64,000 nucleotides of DNA from assembly GCA_965207735.1 (NCBI GenBank), contig OZ242296.1, positions 704,001-768,000 of the forward strand. The letters are read 5' to 3'. This stretch comes from Candidatus Versatilivorator sp. (lineage in GTDB: Bacteria > Acidobacteriota > Terriglobia > Versatilivoradales > Versatilivoraceae). Positions 10,955 through 22,058 of this stretch are shown one piece after another. Within the stretch, counting starts at the first letter, position 1, and every line of letters begins with the position of its first letter. Under the pieces are notes generated by a model that was not told the DNA's origin, ran no database searches, and worked only from the letters and a program-made list of their open reading frames with translations. The translations under genes and the position numbers were made by a program.

Positions 10955-12292
10955 ATGAGATTTCTTTCGACCTCTTCCGAGCAGCAGGCCCTCATGCTGA
11001 AGGTCCTGGGACTGCATTCGGTGGAGGACCTGCTTACCTCCATCCCGGAGGCCATTCGTCTCCGCTCCCCGCTCGATCTTCCTCCCGCCCTGAGCGAACC
11101 CGAACTGCTGGCTCGATTTGGAGAGCTGGAAGCCGGAAACGCCCCCGGAATTCTTTCCTTTCTGGGAGCCGGGGTGAATCAGCATTTCATTCCCCTGGTG
11201 ATCGACAGTCTCTGTTCCCGGGGGGAGTTTTTGACTTCCTACACACCCTACCAGGCAGAGATCAGCCAAGGGACCTTGCAGGCCGTCTTTGAGTATCAAA
11301 CCTTCATTTGCCAACTCACCGGAATGGATATCTCCAACGCTTCCATGTACGACGGGAGCACGGCCCTGGCGGAGGCGGTCCTGATGGCCAGGCGAATCTC
11401 GCGTCGAAGGCGAATCCTGATGGCCAGAACGGTCCATCCCGAATACCGGGCGGTGGTGGACACGGTTACCCGCCATCAGGACTTGACCATTCAAGCGGTC
11501 GAATATGGGGAAGACGGACGCATCGATCCGGCGGAGCTGGAGACCCGCCTGGGTGAGGACGTGGCTGCACTGGTGGTCCAGTCGCCGAATTTTCTGGGAA
11601 ACCTGGAGTCCCTGGACATCCTTGCGGATCGGTGTCGGCAACTGGGGGTGCTGCTGGTGGTCAACGTCGCGGAGTTGCTCTCGCTGGGAATCGTGCGGTC
11701 TCCGGGCTCGGTCGGGGCCGACATTGTGTGCGGCGAAGCTCAGTCACTGGGGGTTTCAACCGGTTACGGCGGCCCTCACGTGGGTTTTCTCGCAACTCGA
11801 GAGAAGTTTGTCCGGAATTTGCCGGGCCGCCTGGTGGGACAGACCGTGGACAGGCACGGACAACGAGGTTACGTGTTGACGCTTGCGACCCGGGAACAGC
11901 ACATTCGGCGAGAAAAGGCCACCTCCAACATCTGCACCAACCAGAACCTGACCGCACTGATGGTGACCCTGTTCTGTTCCCTGCTGGGCAAGACGGGAAT
12001 CCGGGAGCTGGCCATCCAGAATGTCGCCAAGGTCCAATACGGGCTTGCCGCCCTGAGAAAGCGCGGTATCGAAATTCTGTTCGAGGGTCCTCGATTCAAT
12101 GAGTTCGTATTGCGGTTGAACCGCCCTTATGAAGAGGCGGCCGAAAGATTCCATGCCGCCGGCGTGGTCCCCGGTCTGCCGCTGAGGGGGTATGAACCTC
12201 GGCTGGAGAACGCGCTGCTGGTTTCGATTACGGAAACAAAGAGCAGACAGGATATCGATCGGCTGGTGGAATTGGTCAAGGCCGCGGCCTGA
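10955..12292 (+). CDS. gcvPA: glycine dehydrogenase subunit 1
   Basis: YTPYQAEISQG, NASMYDG, TREQHIRREKATSNICTN. Confidence 0.97.
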   Translation: MRFLSTSSEQQALMLKVLGLHSVEDLLTSIPEAIRLRSPLDLPPALSEPELLARFGELEAGNAPGILSFLGAGVNQHFIPLVIDSLCSRGEFLTSYTPYQAEISQGTLQAVFEYQTFICQLTGMDISNASMYDGSTALAEAVLMARRISRRRRILMARTVHPEYRAVVDTVTRHQDLTIQAVEYGEDGRIDPAELETRLGEDVAALVVQSPNFLGNLESLDILADRCRQLGVLLVVNVAELLSLGIVRSPGSVGADIVCGEAQSLGVSTGYGGPHVGFLATREKFVRNLPGRLVGQTVDRHGQRGYVLTLATREQHIRREKATSNICTNQNLTALMVTLFCSLLGKTGIRELAIQNVAKVQYGLAALRKRGIEILFEGPRFNEFVLRLNRPYEEAAERFHAAGVVPGLPLRGYEPRLENALLVSITETKSRQDIDRLVELVKAAA

Positions 12293-12338
12293 TGCCGGTC
12301 CATCGCGCCGATCCTTGCCTCCGAATGAGCACCCACCC

Positions 12339-13844
12339 ATGAAACACGACAGAACCGACAGGCACCTCAACCTGAAGGAGGGGCTGATTTTCGAGCGCAG
12401 CTCCGCGGGTCGCAAGGGCTATGACCTGCCTCGGCTGGACGTTCCTCAGGCAGACCTCGGCGCCGCGTTGGGAACCGACAATCTGAGGGAACCGATCCCC
12501 GGTTTCCCGGAGGTCAGCGAGGTGGATGTGGTGCGGCACTTCACCCGCCTTTCCAGTTGGAATTACAGCATCGATGCCGGCATGTACCCCCTGGGTTCCT
12601 GCACCATGAAGTACAATCCGCGCCTCAACGAGCGGGTAGCGCGGATGGAAGGGCTGGCGACGGCCCATCCTCTGACTCCGGAGTCGCTTGTGCAGGGCAG
12701 TCTGGAAATTCTCGGGCAGTTGGCGGATTGCCTGGCTGAGATCAGTGGCATGGACGCGGTCAGTCTGCAACCGCCTGCCGGCGCCAGCGGAGAGTTGACC
12801 GGCATCCTGATGATCCGCGCCTGTTTGAGCTCACGAGGCAATCCCCGGAGACGGGTTTTGATCCCGGACTCCGCCCACGGAACCAACCCCGCCAGCGCGG
12901 TCATTGCCGGCTACGAGGTTCAATCCTTGAAATCGGACAACCGTGGATGCATCGATCTCGACGGGCTGGACCGGGCCATGAACGATGAGGTCGCGGCCCT
13001 GATGTTGACCAACCCCAACACGCTGGGAATCTTCGAGCAGGACATCGTGAGCATTGCCCGGATCGTGCACGAACGGGGAGGGCTGGTCTACATGGATGGA
13101 GCCAACCTCAACGCCCTGATGGGAATTACACGTCCGGGGAACTTTGGAGCCGATGTCCTCCACATCAATCTGCACAAGACCTTCTCCACGCCTCACGGAG
13201 GCGGCGGGCCGGGCGCCGGCCCGGTGGCGGTAAAACAGGTGCTGGAACCCTTTCTGCCCGCCCCGACCGTGGAGCGGCGCGATGACGGGCGTTACACTCT
13301 TGATCATGACCGTCCGCGCTCCATCGGCAGGGTCAAGGCTTTCTACGGAAACTTCCTGACTCTGGTGCGCGCACTGGCCTATATCCTGGCCAACGGGGCC
13401 GAAGGACTCAGGGAGGCCAGCCAGGTGGCGATTTTGCATGCCAACTACATCAAGCACCATTTGCGGGATGTTTACGAGCTGCCCTATGACGAACCCATCC
13501 TTCACGAAGTGGTGTTTTCAAGCAAGCGGCAGACCCGGAACAACATTACGGTGATGGACCTCGCCAAACGCCTGATGGATTATGGCTTCCACCCCCCCAC
13601 CGTTGCTTTTCCCCTGGTGGTTCAGGGGGCCCTCATGATCGAGCCGACCGAAACCGAGAGCCGGCAGGAGTTGGATCAGTTTATCCAGGCCATGAGATGT
13701 ATTGCCGAGGAGGCCGATACCGATCCTGACCTTCTCAGACAGGCGCCCCATTCCACCCGAGTCAGCCGTCTGGATGAGGTTCAGGCTGCCCGCCGGCCGG
13801 TATTGAGGTGGCTGCCGGAGGAGACAGGAGGCCAGGAGTCTTGA
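12339..13844 (+). CDS. gcvPB: glycine dehydrogenase subunit 2
   Basis: YPLGSCTMKYN, SAHGTNPAS, HINLHKTFSTPHGGGGPG, IEPTETE; start set at MKHDRT. Confidence 0.96.
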   Translation: MKHDRTDRHLNLKEGLIFERSSAGRKGYDLPRLDVPQADLGAALGTDNLREPIPGFPEVSEVDVVRHFTRLSSWNYSIDAGMYPLGSCTMKYNPRLNERVARMEGLATAHPLTPESLVQGSLEILGQLADCLAEISGMDAVSLQPPAGASGELTGILMIRACLSSRGNPRRRVLIPDSAHGTNPASAVIAGYEVQSLKSDNRGCIDLDGLDRAMNDEVAALMLTNPNTLGIFEQDIVSIARIVHERGGLVYMDGANLNALMGITRPGNFGADVLHINLHKTFSTPHGGGGPGAGPVAVKQVLEPFLPAPTVERRDDGRYTLDHDRPRSIGRVKAFYGNFLTLVRALAYILANGAEGLREASQVAILHANYIKHHLRDVYELPYDEPILHEVVFSSKRQTRNNITVMDLAKRLMDYGFHPPTVAFPLVVQGALMIEPTETESRQELDQFIQAMRCIAEEADTDPDLLRQAPHSTRVSRLDEVQAARRPVLRWLPEETGGQES

Positions 13845-13856
13845 GTCGAAACAGCT

Positions 13857-13956
13857 GAATTTCGGATTGTAGATTTCTGATTGTCGATTGGTGAATCACG
13901 ACAACCGACTGTAACGCGATTCCAACATGCAATCTAAAATCATCAATCCACAATTC
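13857..13956. repeat. heptamer-based (GATTnnn / AATCnnn) inverted-repeat element, copy 1
   Basis: GATT at 7-nt spacing on the left and AATC at about 7-nt spacing on the right; core tcacgacaa shared with 37431-37543. Confidence 0.7.
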
Positions 13957-13996
13957 ATGTCCTGTTGGTTCGAGGTGCAACCGAGCTAGATTATCC

Positions 13997-14026
13997 TTGA
14001 CAACCGTCGAGGGTCCTCATTATAAA
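13997..14026 (+). promoter_or_regulatory. sigma70 promoter of groESL
   Basis: TTGACA-18 bp-TATAAA directly upstream of CIRCE. Confidence 0.75.
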
Positions 14027-14035
14027 GGATGTGGC

Positions 14036-14062
14036 TTGGCACTCGATGAATGGGAGTGCTAA
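14036..14062 (+). promoter_or_regulatory. CIRCE element (HrcA operator)
   Basis: TTGGCACTC-N9-GAGTGCTAA, one mismatch to the consensus, upstream of groES. Confidence 0.95.
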
Positions 14063-14102
14063 TAACCACGCCTAACTTGCTTATAAATAAGGAGAACACT
14101 CT

Positions 14103-14396
14103 ATGAGTCTTAGACCCCTGCAGGATCGAATCCTAGTCCAGCGCACGGAGGCGGAGGAGACGGTCGGAGGTGGCCTGATCATTCCCGATACAGCCAAGGA
14201 GAAGCCACAGGAAGGCATCGTCAAGGCCGCGGGCAATGGCAAGGTTCTCGAGAACGGCAAGAGATTGGAAATGACACTGAAGTCCGGAGACCGCATCCTG
14301 TTCGGCAAGTATTCCGGCTCCGAGGTGACACTGGATGGCGAGGAGTACCTCATCATGAAGGAAGAGGATGTCCTGGCTGTCCTGGAATCCGAGTGA
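14103..14396 (+). CDS. groES: co-chaperonin GroES
   Basis: [35 protein letters not shown]. Confidence 0.99.
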   Translation: MSLRPLQDRILVQRTEAEETVGGGLIIPDTAKEKPQEGIVKAAGNGKVLENGKRLEMTLKSGDRILFGKYSGSEVTLDGEEYLIMKEEDVLAVLESE

Positions 14397-14466
14397 GGCC
14401 GGCTGTACCGGCAGTAGCGTGAAGGCTTTGGCTTTAGATTTCGGGCCTGCGGGCCCGTTTGGATGA

Positions 14467-16107
<1,641 letters not shown>

Positions 16108-16123
16108 GCACCCATTTTCCATG

Positions 16124-16170
16124 AGAGGCGGTCGCGCCGGGCCTGCCGGGGGGACCGCCTCTTCTTCCCT
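16124..16170 (+). terminator. probable intrinsic terminator after groEL
   Basis: AGAGGCGGTC ... GACCGCCTCT stem followed by a pyrimidine-rich tract. Confidence 0.55.
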
Positions 16171-16210
16171 TCACTCTCGACATCCCAACCCACCTCCCTG
16201 CCCTTTTCTC

Positions 16211-16567
16211 ATGAGGTCCTTCACCGGAGCGCGACGGACGGTGACATTGACCGTTCTGGCCAGTCTGGGACTGCTGTTGATCCCTTTCTGCGGCATGGCC
16301 TTTGGGTGCGGCTGTACCTGGCTTTGGGATGGAGCCGCCGCTCACTGCAACGTGTTCCGGCCCGGACCTCCCGATTGTCCCTGGTGCGCCCATGGAGCCG
16401 TGGCGGGCACGGTAGCCACCTTGGGAATCGGCGGCTGCCAACTGCTACTGGCGTTTCTGACCTTGAAAAGAACCGGCCGAACCCTTCCGGCCTGTGTGGT
16501 CGGGGTGTCAACCCTGGTTCCAGCCGCAGTGTTCTTCGCCTGGCTGACACGGCTTTTGGGGCTGTAG
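16211..16567 (+). CDS. small Cys-rich membrane hypothetical protein
   Basis: Three hydrophobic segments; FCGMAFGCGC...HCN...CPWC pattern. Confidence 0.7.
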   Translation: MRSFTGARRTVTLTVLASLGLLLIPFCGMAFGCGCTWLWDGAAAHCNVFRPGPPDCPWCAHGAVAGTVATLGIGGCQLLLAFLTLKRTGRTLPACVVGVSTLVPAAVFFAWLTRLLGL

Positions 16568-16706
16568 TCCAAGGGAGTCGGTTGTTTCAGACAAGCCGGG
16601 CCCCCGCCCCCACGACGGGCGGATCATACAAGAGTGAAACAATGAGTCTTCATGGCCCGTCGGGAACAAGGGCCCTGTCGTGCCGAACCGGTTTTCTACT
16701 GATTGA

Positions 16707-16912
16707 ACATGGATGCACAGGATAAACAGGATAAACAGCACGAGAGTCTGTGCCACAGAAGCAGACCCGCTTGATGATCGGGTGGGTGTTGAAAGTGATC
16801 CAAGAGCCCGGGAGCGGGTTTTGGGAAATCCGTGTTGGAACAGAGGCGATGGTTGAACTCAAGACGGTGGAAACTCTCACCCAATAATCCTGTCCATCCT
16901 GTGCATCCATGT
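16707..16912 (+). repeat. miniature inverted-repeat element (nonamer ATGCACAGG arms) enclosing a GxxExxY gene relic; longest copy
   Basis: ACATGGATGCACAGGAT ... ATCCTGTGCATCCATGT; internal frame 16756-16887 reads QKQTRLMIGWVLKVIQEPGSGFWEI...MVELKTVETL. Confidence 0.8.
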
Positions 16913-16991
16913 AAATTAGCCGTCTGACTATGCTTGACTTTGAACGGATGTTCCGCCACCCGGCACAAGGCGTTGTTTCAAATAAACATCA

Positions 16992-17229
16992 GAGCCCTTT
17001 GCAAAATTCACGAGCGGGACCTTTGCCGGGAATGGCCACAAAAGGCACAAAAACACAAAAAGAACCATCGGATGGGCAAGTCTCGAAATCAAGAAACTCG
17101 TTTTGTGCCTTTTGTGCTTTTTGTGGTTTCTGTTGTCTCTTGTGCTTATCGTGGTGAATGCTGGAGCCTGCAGCACATCATCCTTGCCGCCTCAATGTCA
17201 TTCCCGATTGCGATATTTGCAAAAGGCTC
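16992..17229. mobile_element. 238-bp MITE-like element with GAGCCYTTTGCAAA terminal inverted repeats and an internal CACAAAAAG nonamer IR
   Basis: TIRs at both ends; near-identical inverted copy at 52447-52675. Confidence 0.8.
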
Positions 17230-17269
17230 ATCCTTGCGTCGGCTTGTGCTTCACTTGGGCTCACCGGCA

Positions 17270-17362
17270 TTTGCTGCCGCCGCCTACGCGGCTCGACACC
17301 CATAGGCGACGTTTCCCTGGGCTGACGCCCACGGCTAAGTGCTGCCGCGGCTTCGCCGCTCT
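17270..17362. repeat. REP-like palindromic repeat (intact copy)
   Basis: Reverse complement closely matches 30016-30102; hairpins GCGGCGAAGCCGC, TGGGCGTCAGCCCA, GCCGCGTAGGCGGC. Confidence 0.75.
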
Positions 17363-17389
17363 CAAGGAAGCCGGCTAAAGCAGCATATT

Positions 17390-17584
17390 CTCAGGCAAGT
17401 CCGGCCCCCGCCCTGGTGTGCGGATCATACATAGAGTGAAACAATCGGAAATCGACCAACCCTTCACGACCTTGGTACCCCGTCGCGGTCAACCTCAGCG
17501 CCTTAGTGCCCCTTCGTCGTTCTTCGTGCCCCTTCGTGGATTTCTTTTTTCTTTTGTCTTTTTTCGTTTGTATCAGACAAGTCC
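17390..17584. repeat. ~195-bp dispersed repeat bounded by TCAG(G/A)CAAG direct repeats; contains an empty group II intron target
   Basis: Close direct copy at 54728-54920; partial copy from 16585; site ttcg|tgcccc at 17526/17527. Confidence 0.8.
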
Positions 17585-17741
17585 GGTTCCACCCTGCCGA
17601 TGATTCGACGAACACGATCGATTGTTGTCCGTCAGCACGTTCCCGGTGAGGAATGCGGGCTCCCGCGTTGTGTTATGATTCGCTGAAGTTTCTGGACGCT
17701 GATTAGCCAGAGTTTGACCCCTTCGAGGTGGAACAGCCGTC

Positions 17742-18932
17742 ATGGCGACTCTTCTGGATGAGTTTCTTGTTGGAGAGCTGGAATCGTTAAGAAGCAGGAA
17801 GCTCTACCGGGCTCTCAAGGTTCTCGAAGGACAACAACTGCCACAGGCTGAGTTCGATGGGCGGTCGGTGGTGAACCTTTCCTCCAACAACTACCTCGGA
17901 CTGAACACCCATCCCCGCCTGGTTGAAGCCTCACAGCGAGCCCTTCGGCAGTTCGGTGTGGGGTCGGGTGCGGTGAGGACCATCGCCGGGACCATGCGGA
18001 TTCACATGGAGTTGGAAGAGAAGATAGCCCGGTTCAAGCACACTGAGGCCAGCGTCGTCTTTCAATCGGGCTTCACCGCCAACGCCGGCACGGTGTCTTC
18101 GATTCTGGGCAAGGGGGACCTGATCATCTCGGACGAGCTCAACCACGCCAGCATCATCGATGGTTGCCGGCTGTCCCGCGCACAGATTCGGGTATTTCCC
18201 CACAAGAATACCCGGGCGCTGGAGGATATTCTGGCCGAGGTTCAAACGCTGCCCGGCAGGAAACTGGTGGTCACCGACGGCGTATTCTCAATGGATGGCG
18301 ATGTGGCGCCGCTTCCCCAAATCGTGGAATTGGCGGAAACCTACGGCGCCATGATGATGGTGGACGATGCCCACGCCAGCGGGGTCATGGGCACATGCGG
18401 GCGCGGCACGGTGGACCACTTCGGACTGCACGGACGAGTGGATATTCAGGTGGGGACGCTTTCCAAAGCCGTGGGGGCTCTGGGCGGATACGTCTGCGGG
18501 AGCCGCGCTTTGATTGAATACCTGTATCATCGCGCCCGGCCCTTTCTTTTTTCCACCTCTCATCCTCCGGCGGTAGCGGCCTCCTGCCTGGCGGCCTTCG
18601 AGGTCCTGGAAGAGGAGCCCGCCTTGATCGAACGCTTGTGGCAAAACACGCGCTTGTTCAAGGACGGCTTGAGCCGCCTGGGATTCGACACCGGCGCCAG
18701 CGAAACACCCATTACTCCGATCATCGTCGGCCAGGGAGAACTGGCAATGAAATTTTCCGACCAGCTCTTCGAGGAGGGTGTGTTCGCTCAGGGCATTGGA
18801 TATCCGACCGTACCGGAGGAAAAGTCTCGCATTCGCACCATTGTGACCGCCACCCATACCCGGGAACAGCTGGAGTTCGCCCTGGAGACTCTCGCCAGAG
18901 TCGGCCGCCGGCTGGAGATCATTCCGGCGTAA
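17742..18932 (+). CDS. glycine C-acetyltransferase / 8-amino-7-oxononanoate synthase family PLP enzyme
   Basis: SSNNYLGL, DELNHASIIDG, DGVFSMDG, DDAHASG, GTLSKA. Confidence 0.93.
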   Translation: MATLLDEFLVGELESLRSRKLYRALKVLEGQQLPQAEFDGRSVVNLSSNNYLGLNTHPRLVEASQRALRQFGVGSGAVRTIAGTMRIHMELEEKIARFKHTEASVVFQSGFTANAGTVSSILGKGDLIISDELNHASIIDGCRLSRAQIRVFPHKNTRALEDILAEVQTLPGRKLVVTDGVFSMDGDVAPLPQIVELAETYGAMMMVDDAHASGVMGTCGRGTVDHFGLHGRVDIQVGTLSKAVGALGGYVCGSRALIEYLYHRARPFLFSTSHPPAVAASCLAAFEVLEEEPALIERLWQNTRLFKDGLSRLGFDTGASETPITPIIVGQGELAMKFSDQLFEEGVFAQGIGYPTVPEEKSRIRTIVTATHTREQLEFALETLARVGRRLEIIPA

Positions 18933-19139
18933 CGGAGGCAAGCCCGCATTTCTCACAGGAGGGCGCACCCCGTGTAACCGAAAACCGTCCAATTGCACCA
19001 ACAAGTTGTTGAAAACAAACGGTGGCTCCACGATTCATCCAGCGACCCGGCGAGAAGTGCGGGCTATGCTGCTTCCCCGCCCTCCTTTGACCCCATTGAC
19101 GACTCCTGACCGGTCGATACCCGGGAAGAAAGGAATGCC

Positions 19140-20324
19140 ATGAAAGAGTTCAATCCCCCGAAGCGCATCCTGATGGGCCCTGGTCCCAGCGACGCCGACC
19201 CCCGTGTGCTTCGTGCGCTGTCCGCCCCGCTGGTGGGTCATTTGGACCCCGCATTCCTGGGAGTTATGGATGAGATCCAGCAGTTGCTGCGGGCGGTTTT
19301 CGAGACCGGCAATCGCTTGACGATTCCCATTTCCGCCACCGGCAGCGCCGGAATGGAGGCCGCCTTCGTGAACCTGGTCGAGCCGGGCGACGGGGTGGTG
19401 GTGTGTGTGAACGGAGTCTTCGGTGAGCGGATGAGCGATATCGTCACCCGCTGCGGAGGCAAGCTGACTCGGGTGGAAGCCGAATGGGGCCGCGGCCTTG
19501 ACATGGAGGAAGTCCGGCAAACCTTGCAACGAACCCGCCCCAGGATCCTGGCGGCTGTGCAGGCGGAAACCTCTACCGGAGTATTGACCCCGCCAGCCAA
19601 GCTGAGAGAGGTGTTGAACGAATTCCCTGATACCCTGCTGCTGCTGGACTGTGTCACCTCACTGGGCGGTCATCCCGTGGAAATCGATCGACATGGGGTC
19701 GATTTCGCCTACAGTGGCACCCAGAAGTGCTTGAGCTGTCCCCCGGGCTTGGCTCCCATTACGGTCTCGGACCGGGGCGTGAAAAGGATTCGACAGAGAA
19801 AAACCAAGGTGCAGAGTTGGTATCTGGATCTGACCATGGTTGAAAAGTACTGGGGTTCAGACCGGACCTATCACCACACGGCCCCGATTTCCATGAACTA
19901 TGCGCTACGGGAGTCCCTGCGCCTGGTCGTCGAGGAAGGGCTCCGGAACCGCTTTGATCGCCATCGCTTGAATCATCAAGCCCTGGTAGCCGGGGTGGAA
20001 GCCATGGGGTTGGAGATGCTGGTCCGACCGGAAGACCGTCTATGGGTCTTGAATACCGTCCGGGTGCCCGATGGAGTTTCGGATGCCGCCGTGCGCTCCC
20101 GGCTGCTGAGCGATTTCGGTATCGAGATCGGTGGTGGGTTGGGGCCGCTGAAGGACAGGGTCTGGCGGGTGGGGTTGATGGGTACCTCTTCCCATCCGAA
20201 CAACGTGCTGATGTTGCTGAATGCCCTGGAGCGCATTCTCAGACAGGAAGGGATCCGGCTGGCCCCGGGCAGCGGTGTGGAGGCTGCTTCGGCGGTCTTC
20301 GACCGGCAGGAACCCCCGGTTTGA
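19140..20324 (+). CDS. alanine--glyoxylate / serine--pyruvate aminotransferase (class V)
   Basis: [40 protein letters not shown]. Confidence 0.95.
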   Translation: MKEFNPPKRILMGPGPSDADPRVLRALSAPLVGHLDPAFLGVMDEIQQLLRAVFETGNRLTIPISATGSAGMEAAFVNLVEPGDGVVVCVNGVFGERMSDIVTRCGGKLTRVEAEWGRGLDMEEVRQTLQRTRPRILAAVQAETSTGVLTPPAKLREVLNEFPDTLLLLDCVTSLGGHPVEIDRHGVDFAYSGTQKCLSCPPGLAPITVSDRGVKRIRQRKTKVQSWYLDLTMVEKYWGSDRTYHHTAPISMNYALRESLRLVVEEGLRNRFDRHRLNHQALVAGVEAMGLEMLVRPEDRLWVLNTVRVPDGVSDAAVRSRLLSDFGIEIGGGLGPLKDRVWRVGLMGTSSHPNNVLMLLNALERILRQEGIRLAPGSGVEAASAVFDRQEPPV

Positions 20325-20354
20325 GAGCGGATCGCCCCGCGGGCTTTATCCAGG

Positions 20355-22056
20355 TCAATCGCCGGCCGGTCCGCGGTGAGTCAGCCTGCCGAAAACACCC
20401 GGGTCCAATTCAGGACGCCGACGGGACTCTCCCACTTCCCAGACCGTCAGGTAGACCAGTTTCAGGATGCTCTCCAGCTTGCTGAAGTTGATCTTGTCTG
20501 CCGTATCGGTGGCTCGATGGTAGTCGGGATGAAAGCCGGTGAACAGGAATAGCGCAGGAATTCCCCGCTTCAGGAAGGGCCAGTGGTCGCTGCGGCGCAT
20601 CAAGTCCATGGACTTGGGTTCCGAGGGAAATCTCAGATCCAGGCCGGTCTTGGCGTTGCTGCGCTCGACGAAGTCCCGCAGCATGGGTGCAACCGATGCT
20701 CCGAAGATGTTGAGCGAGTTTCGGTTGTCCTTTTCTCTTTGGCCGGGGAGGTCACCGACGAGATTGGCCCCGTGCTGGGCATTCCGGCCGATCATGTCCA
20801 TCTGGAACATGGCCACCGTCTGTTGGAGCGGCACCGGAGGGCGCCTGACGTAGTCTCGAGAGCCCAGCAGTCCGATTTCTTCCGCGCCCCAAGCCGCCAG
20901 CAGAATGCTTCTCCCGGGTTTGGCCGGGTTTCTTAGAAAGGCTTCCGAAAGTTCTAGTAGCGCCGTAGTGCCGGAAGCGTTGTCGTCGGCTCCCCAAAAG
21001 ATCCGGCCCTCCTTGTCGACACCCATGTGATCGTGATGGGCTCCCAGGATGATGAACTCGTCCTTGAGAACGGGGTCCGATCCCGGAATATGCCCCACCA
21101 CGTTGTACCCCTGGAATCGCCGCCTTCTGTAAGAGACCTGGATTCGCACTTGTCCCTGGAGAGAAAAGCTCCGCGGGTGTCCCGTCTCATCGATCCGGTC
21201 CTGTAGCTGCCCGAGGGACCTGGACGGGTTTTCGGGTCCGTCCCCTTGACGCAGAAGTCGTTCTCCGGCCGAGAAAGTCATCCTCACCACCGGAATGGAG
21301 AGGGCATCCAGCCGGTCCGACAGGTAGGCCCTGGCGTGGCGAAAGTTGGAACTCAGAGAAGGAAGTTCCTCTCCCCGGGCCTGAATGAGCACAACGCCGC
21401 ACGCCCCCCGGGCCGCGGCCCCAAGGGACTTCTCCACGGGGTCGGAGTAGTCGGTCGGTCCAACCTGGCGAAAGGCAATGTCGGGAGGCACCCCGCTGAG
21501 CATGATCGCGACCTTGTCCTGAAGTTCGATTCCTTGGAAATCGTCATAGTCTAGACCGGGTGCCGTCAGCCCGTATCCCACAAAGGCGGCTTGCTTGCCT
21601 TGGACCGTTCCATCCGGTCCCCAGGAGGCCGGCAGAAAATCCTCACCGGTCTTGAAGGAAACCATCGAGGCGCCGGCGCTTGCGAATTCCAGTAGACCGG
21701 ACTCTCGCGGAAGCGCCCGGCTGATCCCAAAGGAGTGTAGGAAGTCAGTGGCATGGGGGGGCCGGGAGCAGGCCATTGGCCTCGAAGACACTGGCGATGT
21801 AGGCCGCGGTGAGCTCGGCCTCGGGGCTGCCGGTTGCCCGGCCCTTGAAATGAGAGGACGCCAGAAACTTCAGCCTGGCCCGGATGCGTTCCTGCCGGAT
21901 TGATTTCAATCCGGGGGCAATCTTTTCAAAGGAGACTGCCTCGAGTTGGCCGGGCAGCAGGAGCCCAAGAACGAGGCCGGCCAGCAGCCAGCGAGACGAG
22001 ATGAGGTAGCGTGATGTGAATTGCGTGGCGCCCTCCTGTTCTCCTGCGGTCGGCAT
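20355..22056 (-). pseudogene. M28 family aminopeptidase with PA domain, split by a +1 frameshift in a C7 run
   Basis: N-terminal part (signal peptide, FLASSHFKGRATGS) is in frame 21745-22056; C-terminal part (GAHHDH, GADDNASG, AEEIGLLGS, DMIGR, SDH, DYH) is in another frame. Deleting one C at 21755-21761 joins them. Confidence 0.85.
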
Positions 22057-22058
22057 GG

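Noticed and set aside
16928-17615. Short ORFs within the repeat mosaics (also near 47500, 52100-52690 and 61900-62550)
   Set aside because: Translations of nonamer repeats (ILFIL/HPVHP/LCFLW), not plausible intact proteins.
16568-17620. CRISPR array in the repeat-rich intergenic regions
   Set aside because: The repeats are short tandem 7/9-mers in inverted arms without unique regularly sized spacers, and there are no cas genes.
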